Shown: positions 1 to 8,657 of the stretch, in pieces
Layout of the letters: each line of letters starts with the position of its first letter
Numbering within the stretch: the stretch's first letter is position 1
Source: a virus
DNA: 64,000 nucleotides
Strand: one strand, 5' to 3'
IMG/VR virus record: IMGVR_UViG_3300044986_000731
Span: 1-64,000 of that record
Made by a program: the position numbers and the translations under genes
The notes under the pieces: model-generated
Database searches by the model: none
The model's input: only the letters and a program-made list of their open reading frames with translations
What the model was told of the DNA's origin: nothing

Positions 1-24
1 GAGTCTTGAGAGGAGACACATCCC

Positions 25-267
25 ATGACCGGCCCCTGCATCGTCACGACCTATCGAGGACCGACCGAGACCCGAGGCGCGAGGATCATCTCACGGTGCC
101 TCAACCTGCGATCGATGACCATCTCGTTCAACCACGAACTGTCGGCTACGGAGAATCACGCCCTCGCGGCGAGGGTGTTCGCGTCCCGGTACTGGGGCAG
201 CGAGGTGCGGCTGGCCTCGGGGGTACTGAGGATCGGCGTCGAGGCGCACATCGTCGTGCCGGCATAG
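25..267 (+). CDS. hypothetical phage protein
   Basis: 80-aa ORF with AGGAG RBS at 11-15; ends just before a hairpin and promoter. Confidence 0.7.
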   Translation: MTGPCIVTTYRGPTETRGARIISRCLNLRSMTISFNHELSATENHALAARVFASRYWGSEVRLASGVLRIGVEAHIVVPA

Positions 268-268
268 G

Positions 269-292
269 CCCTGTTTCCCGGCCGAAACAGGG
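269..292 (+). terminator. hairpin, possible terminator
   Basis: CCCTGTTTC-N6-GAAACAGGG perfect 9-bp inverted repeat right after the stop codon; no U-tract. Confidence 0.4.
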
Positions 293-295
293 TAC

Positions 296-324
296 TTGAC
301 ACGACGTCGCGGGTAGCCTAGATT
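296..324 (+). promoter_or_regulatory. sigma70-like promoter P1 with CGACGTCG palindrome in the spacer
   Basis: TTGACA(296-301)-17 nt-TAGATT(319-324). Confidence 0.75.
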
Positions 325-364
325 TGTGTTAGTTCGAGACCATCAACCAAAGGGAGCCTGAGAC

Positions 365-850
365 ATGAGCAAGCCCACGAAGGTCGACGCCGACACTTGG
401 CAGTACGCCGGCTTCACGATCAACCGCTGCACCCATAGCCGCACGTTTCTCGCAACGCGGCCCGACGGCACGAAGACCTATGTCCGAGACCGGCTCCGCG
501 ACGTCGTGGTCGACATCGACTGCTGGCACTGGAAGCAGTGGGATGAGCGGGAGAGGGCGTCCTCAGCCGTCAATCCTGAGCCGGAGCCTGTACCCGCCCC
601 CGCCCCGACCCTCGCCGGCTTCCTGTCCGAGTGGGGCCTCGAACTCGTGTCTGATGCCAACGGCATCCAGCGGCACCGTCGCGACAATGTCGAGGTCTTC
701 ATCGACACCGTCTACGGCGGCGTCGAGATCGTCGTCTGGGAGCAGGACAGCGTCACCGAGAAGAGACGGCTCGTCCTGCCCGGCGGCAAGTGGCCCGTGC
801 ACGCTGCCGCCGAGGTTGTTCGCGCCGTGCTCCGCGAGCGGCATGCCTGA
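365..850 (+). CDS. hypothetical protein (two domains, PEPEPVPAP linker)
   Basis: 161-aa ORF with GGGAG RBS downstream of P1. Confidence 0.75.
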   Translation: MSKPTKVDADTWQYAGFTINRCTHSRTFLATRPDGTKTYVRDRLRDVVVDIDCWHWKQWDERERASSAVNPEPEPVPAPAPTLAGFLSEWGLELVSDANGIQRHRRDNVEVFIDTVYGGVEIVVWEQDSVTEKRRLVLPGGKWPVHAAAEVVRAVLRERHA

Positions 851-888
851 AGTCTGGATACATCACCCTCAAGAAAGAAAGGCAGAAG

Positions 889-1233
889 ATGACTGAGCAA
901 GAGTTCCTTCGGAATGCCAACGGACGCGCTCGACGGCGCCTGTTCGACGGCGGCGACTATCTCGCGTTTTGCGAGGCTCTCGACGAGGCGTCGGCGGCTG
1001 CCGCCCGTGGCGAGCCGTACTACTGGGAGACCAACGCCGGTGGCGTCGCCAACAGTTACGGCAGCGTCACCTCCTCGGCGAGGGCCGGCGTCTACACGAC
1101 GCCCGACGGCACCGTGATCACGGTCGTGGACCGCGCCACTGTCGGCGGTCGATCGGTCCCGTGCATCCGCCACGGCGGTGAGCGGGCCTACCACAAGTGG
1201 TTCAGAGAGAGCATCGCGCTCGCCAAGTCTTGA
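889..1233 (+). CDS. hypothetical protein
   Basis: start re-assigned to ATG 889 (MTEQEF...) after a purine-rich GAAAGG RBS. Confidence 0.7.
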   Translation: MTEQEFLRNANGRARRRLFDGGDYLAFCEALDEASAAAARGEPYYWETNAGGVANSYGSVTSSARAGVYTTPDGTVITVVDRATVGGRSVPCIRHGGERAYHKWFRESIALAKS

Positions 1234-1262
1234 AGTCTGGAAACCAGAAGGGAACCCCAACC

Positions 1263-1589
1263 ATGATCGCTGACGGCAAGTTTCACCGAGACGGCGACGG
1301 CGGATACGTCGCGTGCTTCAAGACGACGCTCGACGGCAAGCCTGCCGTCGTGACGTTCGTGACAGAGCAGGGCCTGCGGGGCAGTCGCAGGTACTGGTGG
1401 ACGACCGCCACGGTGGACGGCATCGCCGTGATCCACCGCGACGGTCACTACTGCGGCCTGCCATCAGTTGTCCGCAGTGGACCCACGAAGAGAACTGCTA
1501 CGGACGTCGCGTTTCTCGCCGAGCGAGGCTTCGAGCGGATCGCGCCGCCGGAGGGGTGGACCGGATGTTTCGCTCGACTTCAGTCCTGA
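1263..1589 (+). CDS. hypothetical protein
   Basis: ATG 1263 after the GAAGGGAACCCCAACC leader. Confidence 0.7.
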   Translation: MIADGKFHRDGDGGYVACFKTTLDGKPAVVTFVTEQGLRGSRRYWWTTATVDGIAVIHRDGHYCGLPSVVRSGPTKRTATDVAFLAERGFERIAPPEGWTGCFARLQS

Positions 1590-1608
1590 AAAGAAAGGAA
1601 CCCCAACC

Positions 1609-2010
1609 GTGAACACCTACGACCCACACGCCGCCCGCAGCCGACTGCCGACGTCTCTGACCGTCGGCTGTGACGGCAACCTGTATCGAGTGCCCGAGGG
1701 GCTTCGCGGAGACTGGCCGCTCGTCCGCTCGAACTACTGCCGCCACCACCGCGAGATCAGGACCGTCGCCGACCTCAAGGCCACGCTGCGAGCCGGCGAG
1801 TATGCGTGGCCGGGCGGCGGCGCCCTGTACTGCGTCACTGCCGACGGAGCCGTGCTCTCGTTCGCCGCCGTCCGGCAGGAATTCCGTCAGGTTGCGGAGG
1901 CCGTGCGAGACCGCGACACTCTGCGGGGTTGGTGCGTGATTGGGATCGAGAACGCGGCAGACGACGACGAGCCGACAGTGTGTGACCACACTGGCGTGGT
2001 GATCGAGTAA
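1609..2010 (+). CDS. hypothetical protein
   Basis: GTG 1609 after the GAAAGGAACCCCAACC leader; YAWPGG motif and C-terminal CDHTG. Confidence 0.7.
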   Translation: MNTYDPHAARSRLPTSLTVGCDGNLYRVPEGLRGDWPLVRSNYCRHHREIRTVADLKATLRAGEYAWPGGGALYCVTADGAVLSFAAVRQEFRQVAEAVRDRDTLRGWCVIGIENAADDDEPTVCDHTGVVIE

Positions 2011-2028
2011 CGAGCAAGGAGACAACAC

Positions 2029-2226
2029 ATGATCATTCCAGTTCGGACATATCGGCTGCGTGGCGGGTATCGGCTCCTCGTGACCAAGACTCGCGACGTC
2101 TGGCAAGAGCGAGAGGGTCGTCACACGCTGCTCGCGACCGCGAGCGAGTGGTCGAGGCGGAACGGCGGCGACCTGAGACTCAGTCGCGGCAACGCATGCC
2201 GCGCTGCGAATTTCTGGGGCTTCTGA
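2029..2226 (+). CDS. hypothetical protein
   Basis: AAGGAG RBS; 65 aa. Confidence 0.6.
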   Translation: MIIPVRTYRLRGGYRLLVTKTRDVWQEREGRHTLLATASEWSRRNGGDLRLSRGNACRAANFWGF

Positions 2227-2237
2227 GGAGACTACCC

Positions 2238-2498
2238 GTGGATACTGTCTTTACTCCCGAATCGCTGGAGCGGAGCGTGGCGAGAGGGGCCTTTGCGGTT
2301 GCCACGCTGGGTGATTTCCTGAAGATCGACGCCGACGAGGTGTTCGTCTTCCGATTTCCGGCCAGAGACTTGTGGAACCGCGAGAACGGTGACGGTGAGT
2401 TTCTTGAGGTTCTGGACGTGGCGATCGACCGATCGAGTGTCACGACCAGCCACGGAGACATCCCGACGACGTCGGAGACGACGATCTACTATCGATGA
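2238..2498 (+). CDS. hypothetical protein
   Basis: GTG 2238 after GAGGAG. Confidence 0.55.
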   Translation: MDTVFTPESLERSVARGAFAVATLGDFLKIDADEVFVFRFPARDLWNRENGDGEFLEVLDVAIDRSSVTTSHGDIPTTSETTIYYR

Positions 2499-2521
2499 CA
2501 ACCAAAACCAAAGGAGCGGCA

Positions 2522-2791
2522 ATGAAACTCAGACTCCAGTCCTACAAGCCCGAAGCCCGCGAGGGCACGTTGCCGATGAGCGTGCACGCACCGGGCTTGC
2601 TCCGCTGGGCCAAGGCCGGCTACGGCGCGAGCAAGGCCGGCGACCGCACGGTCGTCGCGATCATCGCCGAGTCGTTCGGCCTGCGTCGCGAGGTCGTGCT
2701 CGCGATCCTGACCGGCGAAGTCGACATGGTCGTCGAGGGCGACGACGTGGTCGTGGACTGGCCCGGGGATGACCCCCTGAAACCGGCCTGA
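2522..2791 (+). CDS. hypothetical protein
   Basis: ATG 2522 after AAGGAG. Confidence 0.65.
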   Translation: MKLRLQSYKPEAREGTLPMSVHAPGLLRWAKAGYGASKAGDRTVVAIIAESFGLRREVVLAILTGEVDMVVEGDDVVVDWPGDDPLKPA

Positions 2792-2801
2792 AACAGGCCA
2801 C

Positions 2802-2830
2802 TGGACACAAGCCGCGACGTCGCGTATACT
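2802..2830 (+). promoter_or_regulatory. sigma70-like promoter P2 with 12-bp palindromic operator CGCGACGTCGCG
   Basis: TGGACA(2802-2807)-17 nt-TATACT(2825-2830); 30 bp identical to 6396-6425. Confidence 0.75.
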
Positions 2831-2868
2831 CCTGTAGTCGAGATCACCCCAAACCAAAGAAACCTGAA

Positions 2869-3717
2869 ATGAGCCTCGCCAATTTCAACCCAGTCGCGAT
2901 CGACCACTCCTACCTCGACCGCCTCGCCGTGCGAGCGACCGCCGTGCGAGAGGTCGCGTACGCCGAGCATGCTGCCGTGTCCGCTGCCGGCTACACGGTG
3001 TACACGCTCAGGCCATACAGCCGGCGGGGCGAGACCGTTTACGTGCACCCGCAGAGCGGCCTGCCTCGCTACGGCAACAGGCTCGACTGGTCGGCCGTCG
3101 AGCCGCACGTCCTCACGATCGAGCGGGCACTCGCCGAGGGGCTGTGCAGCGAGGAGCACGTCGAGCGGCTCGACGCCGCGAAGGCCGCGCTCTCGCACGC
3201 GGTCGCTGCCTGCCGTGAGGTCGAGGACGAGTACCGCCGCCGGCCGTGGTCGCGGTACTGGCTCGTCACGTCCAGCGACGGGCACGTCCACCGGTCGACG
3301 TGCTGCTCGACGTGCAACAAGGGCAGGTCGGCGACTGGCTTCGCTCTGGTGCCGTACCTCAGCGGCTCGACCTCGGCCGACGCCGTGGCCGACCTCGGCC
3401 CTGCCCTGTGCAGCGTTTGCTTCCCCGAGGCCCCCGTCGAGTCTCGCGAGCAGTCGAGAGTCTCGGCAAGAGTTGCGCTCTCGCTCGCCGAGGAGGGCGT
3501 AGAGGCGTTTCAGCGAGCAAGGGCTGCTGCTGCTTCGCGACGCGCTGCACGGTGCCCCGGCACCGGCAAGCCCGGACTCGTACCGGTGGTCGCCGACGGC
3601 ACGCCGTCGCACACAGCCGCATACATCCGCAAGCGGACCGTGCAGTGTCCGCAGTGCAACGCGAGACTCGCGGCTCGCGGCCAGTCGAAGAACGTGCCGC
3701 CCCACAAACCCACTTGA
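2869..3717 (+). CDS. Cys/His-rich (probable Zn-binding) hypothetical protein
   Basis: 282 aa; HVHRSTCCSTC, LCSVCFP and CPQC motifs. Confidence 0.75.
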   Translation: MSLANFNPVAIDHSYLDRLAVRATAVREVAYAEHAAVSAAGYTVYTLRPYSRRGETVYVHPQSGLPRYGNRLDWSAVEPHVLTIERALAEGLCSEEHVERLDAAKAALSHAVAACREVEDEYRRRPWSRYWLVTSSDGHVHRSTCCSTCNKGRSATGFALVPYLSGSTSADAVADLGPALCSVCFPEAPVESREQSRVSARVALSLAEEGVEAFQRARAAAASRRAARCPGTGKPGLVPVVADGTPSHTAAYIRKRTVQCPQCNARLAARGQSKNVPPHKPT

Positions 3718-3766
3718 CTCGATAACGGTTGATCGCGTCTATTGTCTGCCCACCGGAACCCACACC

Positions 3767-3994
3767 ATGAAGACCTGCTCGATATGCCAGATGCCGATCG
3801 ACGTGATCGGCGGCGACTGGACCGACGGACACAACGCCGAGCCGGTGAACTCCGGCCGGTGCTGCTCGACCTGCAACGCCGTGGTCGTGATCCCGGCGAG
3901 GCTCAACCAGATGTACGGACACCGAAACGGCGCACCCTCGCCGCAGCGCGCTGCCAACCATCGGCCGCATGGGTCGCGCCGCCGGCGGACGTGA
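3767..3994 (+). CDS. small Zn-finger-like protein
   Basis: CSIC...GHNAEP...GRCCSTCN...VIPARL, a recurrent small phage protein pattern. Confidence 0.7.
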   Translation: MKTCSICQMPIDVIGGDWTDGHNAEPVNSGRCCSTCNAVVVIPARLNQMYGHRNGAPSPQRAANHRPHGSRRRRT

Positions 3995-4091
3995 CATCAC
4001 CGGCAGTCGAGGCAGGGTTATTCCTTTGCCCTGTGACTCGACCGTCAGCGGCACGTCACGCCGCACCATACACCCAGAGGAGGATCGAGAG

Positions 4092-4844
4092 ATGTGGAGC
4101 GCTTTCTTCACCGTCAGTGCCGGCAAGGCTACCTATATGCTGTCTCCGATCGCGTTGGTCGGCGAGGGCATGGAGCGACACGCCGACGGGACCGTGTCTC
4201 GGAGGCTGTCCGTCGACCGCACGTTCAAACGTCGCGGTGAGGCTGTCGGATTTCTCGCCGAGAAGTGCGAGCGACTGTCGGCAGGCTGCGTGCTCGCCGC
4301 GAGGCAGGCCTCGGCGAGTGTCTATCTCGGCGGCGATGACGGGCAGCACGTCGTGCACGCCTACGTCGACGACCGCGATCTGACCTGCCAATGCCTGATT
4401 GACCGAGTCGCCACGTTCGCTGGGCCGACCGGTGAGTTGCTCGCGCGTCGCGAGAACGGCGTGGTCGACCGCGTCGGCCTGCGAACGGTCTACGGCTCGC
4501 GTCGTGAGGCTGCTGTCGCGGGGATTCGCCGCCTCACGGAGATACAGCAGACGGCTGTTGAGGCGGTCGAGTCTCTATCGCAACCACCATTCGGTCTCGG
4601 CAAGGTCGTCGGCACGCCGGGCGCGCTGCGAGCGGCATCTCAGGACGAGATCAGAGAGATGCTCCGTCGCCACGAGACTTGCGACTGGGGTGCGGTGTGC
4701 GACGAGGACTGGGACGAGAACGACCTCGCTGTCGAGTCCGGCGAGCGGCTCCTCTCGTCCTACGAATCGGACGGCGAGACGGTGTGGGTGATCACCGAGG
4801 CGGATCGAAGCGTGACCACGGTCCTTCTTCCCGAGGAGTACTGA
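4092..4844 (+). CDS. hypothetical protein with a C-terminal 'plasmid-related protein' domain
   Basis: C-terminal FGLGKVVGTPGA...RH..CDWG..DED...N...RLLSSY...WVITEADRSVTTVLLPEEY motif; ATG 4092 after GAGGAGG. Confidence 0.7.
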   Translation: MWSAFFTVSAGKATYMLSPIALVGEGMERHADGTVSRRLSVDRTFKRRGEAVGFLAEKCERLSAGCVLAARQASASVYLGGDDGQHVVHAYVDDRDLTCQCLIDRVATFAGPTGELLARRENGVVDRVGLRTVYGSRREAAVAGIRRLTEIQQTAVEAVESLSQPPFGLGKVVGTPGALRAASQDEIREMLRRHETCDWGAVCDEDWDENDLAVESGERLLSSYESDGETVWVITEADRSVTTVLLPEEY

Positions 4845-4845
4845 G

Positions 4846-5034
4846 ATGCTGGCATGGAGGTCAACCGTGACGTCGCTGCGGCAAGTCGCCGACTCGCTCC
4901 AGCGGTCGCTCGATGAGGCAAACGCCGAGAGGCGGCGGCTCGAAGCGACCAACGCAAAACTGATGACGTTGCTCCGCGCGATGCGGGACGTCAATGCAGA
5001 CCTCGACGAGAAACTTCTAAGGAGCGAGCGATGA
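4846..5034 (+). CDS. small coiled-coil protein
   Basis: 62 aa, heptad-like; packed between neighbours. Confidence 0.5.
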   Translation: MLAWRSTVTSLRQVADSLQRSLDEANAERRRLEATNAKLMTLLRAMRDVNADLDEKLLRSER

Positions 5035-5474
5035 GCACCGAGAGGATCACAGTCGACGGAGAGTCTCACGTCATCGAGGCTCGCCAAGTGAACCTGATCT
5101 TCAACACCTCTCCATCGGAGGTGCACTACGAGGGTCGCGAGGTCTTCGATCCAGAGGCGTCTCTCGCGAGGTATCGAGCACTCACTGAGATCGATCCGCT
5201 CGTGGCGTCGCTGTGGCGAATCGTCATCTGCGACTTCGCAGGCGAGGTCACCAAGGAGTCGCTCGACCAGTGCCAGACGCCGTATCAGCAGGTGATCGGC
5301 CTGATCATGCTCACGGTCGAGGCGATCATAGCCAAGACTCGGTTCGTGTGGCGGCGACCCGAGTCGGGTCTCCATCCACGGCATCAGGTTGGACTCGCGG
5401 ACCTGATGCTCCTGTTCTCAGACCGCGAGCGGTTGATCGAGTTTGTCGCGTCACAGCACGGAGGTCAAAAATGA
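5031..5474 (+). CDS. hypothetical protein
   Basis: AAGGAG RBS; ATGA overlaps at both ends. Confidence 0.65.
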   Translation: MSTERITVDGESHVIEARQVNLIFNTSPSEVHYEGREVFDPEASLARYRALTEIDPLVASLWRIVICDFAGEVTKESLDQCQTPYQQVIGLIMLTVEAIIAKTRFVWRRPESGLHPRHQVGLADLMLLFSDRERLIEFVASQHGGQK

Positions 5475-6052
5475 GAGTCTTGATCCAGCGCGTCTACGAG
5501 TTTTGCCCGGAGACGAATCCGGAGATCGCGAAGGCAGTCGAGGTGTTTCGAGCGAACGGGTTTGAGGTGTTCGAGTCTGGTCGGCCGGAGAAGAAGCCTG
5601 AGCCTGAGCCTGAGCCTGAGCCGTCGGTGGACGAGCACGCATCTCGCCGTGCCTTGGTCACGCAGGCCGTAGCCAGCATGAGGTCTCGCGGTGGCCTTTC
5701 GAGCGCCGCTGCCTGCCGGCTCTTCGCCATCGACCAGACTCGGCTGGCGAAGTGGTCGCGGGGGCTTGGCCGTGTCGACGACACGACCCTCGCGAGGGTC
5801 AAGGCGGTCGAGGAGCGGCTCGCCGGCAAGTCGGCAGGCGAGATCGTGACGGTGGTCGAGGCCGTCTCGGCGCAGCAGGGAATCAGGGGTCGTCGGCAGA
5901 AACTGACCGAGACCGAGCGGGCCGAGGTCGCGCAGTTGCTTCGCGACGGGGTTCCTCCGAGGGAGATTGCCGCGACCTATCGCATGTCTCTGGGGTCGGT
6001 CGACAACTACCGTCGACGCGACGTTGGCAATGCCACGACGACGGAGGTATGA
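5471..6052 (+). CDS. helix-turn-helix DNA-binding protein (two HTH-like segments)
   Basis: ATG 5471 after GGAGG; LSSAAACRLFAIDQTRLAKW and LTETERAEVAQLLRDGVPPREIAATYRMSLGSV. Confidence 0.65.
   Translation: MRVLIQRVYEFCPETNPEIAKAVEVFRANGFEVFESGRPEKKPEPEPEPEPSVDEHASRRALVTQAVASMRSRGGLSSAAACRLFAIDQTRLAKWSRGLGRVDDTTLARVKAVEERLAGKSAGEIVTVVEAVSAQQGIRGRRQKLTETERAEVAQLLRDGVPPREIAATYRMSLGSVDNYRRRDVGNATTTEV
5597..5620 (+). repeat. (CCTGAG)4 in-frame microsatellite (PE repeat)
   Basis: direct reading. Confidence 0.9.
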
Positions 6053-6085
6053 TCGAGGTGTCCACTCGTCCCTCGGAGACAGATC

Positions 6086-6367
6086 ATGGCTCGCAAGCGC
6101 AAGCCCGCCGTCGCGGAGTCGGCGGATCATATCCCGAGCGGCGTCGAGGCAATCAGCACCCGTACAGCAGCCGAGATGCTGGGCTGCTGTACGGGGCACG
6201 TTCGGAAGTTAGTCGGTCGCGGTCGCCTCGGCGAGCGTGGCAGAGACTGGTTCCGCGTGTCGCCTCGATCGCTGCTCCTGTCTCTCAAGGCCGTGCAGCG
6301 GTACGCGAGGGATATCGAAGAGTCTCCGTACGGACGGCCTCGACTCGGGTTCTCGACCGACCGCTGA
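6086..6367 (+). CDS. excisionase-like (HTH_17/MerR-type) DNA-binding protein
   Basis: ISTRTAAEMLGCCTGHVRKLVGRGRL. Confidence 0.6.
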   Translation: MARKRKPAVAESADHIPSGVEAISTRTAAEMLGCCTGHVRKLVGRGRLGERGRDWFRVSPRSLLLSLKAVQRYARDIEESPYGRPRLGFSTDR

Positions 6368-6398
6368 TTTCGCTGGTTTTGCGGCTCTTTTGTGGCAC

Positions 6399-6427
6399 TG
6401 GACACAAGCCGCGACGTCGCGTATAGT
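6399..6427 (+). promoter_or_regulatory. sigma70-like promoter P3 with CGCGACGTCGCG operator
   Basis: TGGACA(6399-6404)-17 nt-TATAGT(6422-6427). Confidence 0.75.
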
Positions 6428-6472
6428 TGAACGTCTGGGTACGAGCACTGACACGCAAGGGAGAAGCAACAA

Positions 6473-7087
6473 ATGGTCACGAGCACATACGAGCGTTCGC
6501 GAGAGGCGACCCTTCCGATCCGCCGTGGGATCACGGTGGTCTTTCCTGTTGGCTGGACCGACCCGCAGTGCGCGGCGTGGGTACTCGATCAGGGCCTGCC
6601 ACAGCCACAGCCACAGCCACAGCCACAGCCACAGCCACAGCCACAGCCGGGCGACGTCTGGTCGCAGAACGTCGCCGCGTGCCCCTCGCTGGCGAAGGTC
6701 GAGTCGTCACCTCGCGTGCCGGCATTTGTCCGCGACATCGCGGGCAAGGCGAAGCGTTACCTGCTCTCCGAGCGGCAGCGAGCAGCGGTGACCAGTGCAG
6801 TCGAGCAGGCGGAGTCGCCGAAGAAGCCGATCGAGACTGGTCGCCGGCTCGTCGAGGGCAAGGTCGTGAAACTCAAATGGGAGACGCGAAACTCTGGATA
6901 CGGGTACGGCGCGAGGACGACTCAATCGCTCAAGGCGCTCGTCCAGTGCGACGGTTATCGCCTGTACGGAACCGTGCCGTCGGCGATCGTGAACTCGATC
7001 AGCGTCGGCGACACGCTCCGGGTCGAGGCGGAGGTCGTCGAGAAGGAGCCGGGGTTCGGATTCTTCTCGCGGCCGAGGGTGAAGTGA
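6473..7087 (+). CDS. hypothetical protein with PQ linker and C-terminal OB-fold-like domain
   Basis: GRRLVEGKVVKLK...GYRLYGTVPS...GDTLRVEAEV...FGFFSRP pattern. Confidence 0.7.
   Translation: MVTSTYERSREATLPIRRGITVVFPVGWTDPQCAAWVLDQGLPQPQPQPQPQPQPQPQPGDVWSQNVAACPSLAKVESSPRVPAFVRDIAGKAKRYLLSERQRAAVTSAVEQAESPKKPIETGRRLVEGKVVKLKWETRNSGYGYGARTTQSLKALVQCDGYRLYGTVPSAIVNSISVGDTLRVEAEVVEKEPGFGFFSRPRVK
6599..6646 (+). repeat. (CCACAG)8 in-frame microsatellite (PQ repeat)
   Basis: 8 perfect hexamer copies. Confidence 0.95.
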
Positions 7088-7123
7088 GCGAAAGTCTGGA
7101 CACAAGAAGAAAGGAGCGATTCG

Positions 7124-7456
7124 ATGGAGACGATCGACATCCACATCGACGAAGAGCGTTGCGAGCAGAGGGCGGTCCACGCGATCGGCACCGTGCTGCG
7201 AGACGCAGGTTGGCGTTACGAAACGGCGGTGATGCTCGCCACATCGGCTAAGAGACTCGCCGAGTTGGCGAGAGTGCTCGGTCAGGCGAAGGCGGAGTTC
7301 GGCGAGGCGGTTCAGGAGTTCGTGCGGAGGGTTGCCGCCAGCGGCGACGACCCTCGCGAGATCGACGGCGACGTGTATCAGGGCCTCGCGGAGGCGGTCT
7401 TCGCGAGGTGCGGTTCGAGGCTCGGAATCAAGATTCACAGAGAGGAATGCCAATGA
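7124..7456 (+). CDS. hypothetical protein
   Basis: AAAGGAG RBS. Confidence 0.65.
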   Translation: METIDIHIDEERCEQRAVHAIGTVLRDAGWRYETAVMLATSAKRLAELARVLGQAKAEFGEAVQEFVRRVAASGDDPREIDGDVYQGLAEAVFARCGSRLGIKIHREECQ

Positions 7457-7812
7457 ACGCGATCTACTCGATCCATCCGACGTGGCAGGACGGCGTGCTC
7501 GCATTCGACGACCCGGCTCGCGGGCTAGTTCGAGAGCCGTTCGTCGCGGGCGCTGATGAGGTGCTGCGATCGCTCGCCTCGCGAGTGAGCGATCGATGCC
7601 GAGAGGGGTTCACGCTGCTATTCAGCGACGGCCCGTTCCCCGGGTCGCAGATTCGTGTCGTGAGAAAAGAGGCCGACTACGGCGGCAACTGGTACGAGAG
7701 CGAGGACGGCAGCCTGCGTGGCTGGCTGTGCCCCGCGCTCTATCGGTACTACCCCGTCGCGCCGGACTCGCTGTATCTGGAGATTCGAGAGCCGAAGGGA
7801 GGTGCCGAATGA
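7453..7812 (+). CDS. DUF6717-like protein
   Basis: FDDPARGLVREPFVAGAD...FSDGPFPG...GGNWY...GWLCPAL..YY...P..LY. Confidence 0.65.
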   Translation: MNAIYSIHPTWQDGVLAFDDPARGLVREPFVAGADEVLRSLASRVSDRCREGFTLLFSDGPFPGSQIRVVRKEADYGGNWYESEDGSLRGWLCPALYRYYPVAPDSLYLEIREPKGGAE

Positions 7813-8066
7813 ACCGAGTGACTCAGGAGATTTGCAACTCAGTGCGTGGATCGGATGCGGCGGAGCGGGCGAGGCTCGTGCGGGAGATTCCGCAGGAGCG
7901 TCGAGCCGAGTACCTGCGAGTCGCGTACCTGACGGTGATCGCGCCGTCCATGATGCAGGACTCAGTGCCGAGCGTCGCAGCGAACGTGGCCTACCACGCT
8001 CTTTGCGACCACGTCGATTGGCATGCGGTGGCTGAATTCATGTCGACGGTGCCGGAGGAAAACTGA
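7809..8066 (+). CDS. hypothetical protein
   Basis: GGAGG RBS; ATGA overlap. Confidence 0.6.
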   Translation: MNRVTQEICNSVRGSDAAERARLVREIPQERRAEYLRVAYLTVIAPSMMQDSVPSVAANVAYHALCDHVDWHAVAEFMSTVPEEN

Positions 8067-8506
8067 TGCACACCGTGACGTACGAATGGCGAGTCAGCGA
8101 GCGTGTCGTGCTGAGGCCCGGCGACACGTTCCGCGCTCGCGGCGGGCCGTTTTGGAGGAGCGGCGGGCAGCGAGTCTCGCTCGCCGCTCCGGGGCCGTTC
8201 CGCTTCATCGAGGCTCACATCCACGCAGGCAAGTCCGGTCGCGTGTCGATCCTCGCGGTCGATCGCGACGGTCATCGGTGCGAACTCCGCGTCTCGGGGA
8301 CGCGGTGGACCCGCATCGACGAGTCCGTAGTCCCGAGGCTCTACACCATCACGGGGAAAAAGAGAGATGCGAAATCGCGCAAAACTACTGGCAAGGGGCG
8401 ACGCGGTGCTCCTCGAAGCCTCGGAACTAGAGACAAGTCCACCCGAGAATCTCAGCAGCACGGCGTCGCTGCGTCGGGCGGCGAGGAGATACACGACGGC
8501 TGCTGA
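8066..8506 (+). CDS. hypothetical protein
   Basis: TGATG coupling; basic tail overlaps the next ORF by 140 bp. Confidence 0.55.
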   Translation: MHTVTYEWRVSERVVLRPGDTFRARGGPFWRSGGQRVSLAAPGPFRFIEAHIHAGKSGRVSILAVDRDGHRCELRVSGTRWTRIDESVVPRLYTITGKKRDAKSRKTTGKGRRGAPRSLGTRDKSTRESQQHGVAASGGEEIHDGC

Positions 8507-8657
8507 CGCCTACAAGCGCGCAGGTCTCGGCATCATGGCGAGACGGTGCTACGCCAGCGCGGCGAGGTGCTGGTCGGCGGTCGGCGAGCAGAATCTGCAC
8601 GAGACAGCGCACGCATGGGAGACGGCGATCCCCGTCTACTGGGAGGACGACCTGTGA
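8367..8657 (+). CDS. hypothetical helical protein
   Basis: 96 aa; stop overlaps the helicase start (GTGA). Confidence 0.5.
   Translation: MRNRAKLLARGDAVLLEASELETSPPENLSSTASLRRAARRYTTAADAYKRAGLGIMARRCYASAARCWSAVGEQNLHETAHAWETAIPVYWEDDL

Noticed and set aside
3714-3745. TTGACT...TATTGT promoter
   Set aside because: 20-nt spacing and no operator palindrome; too weak to call
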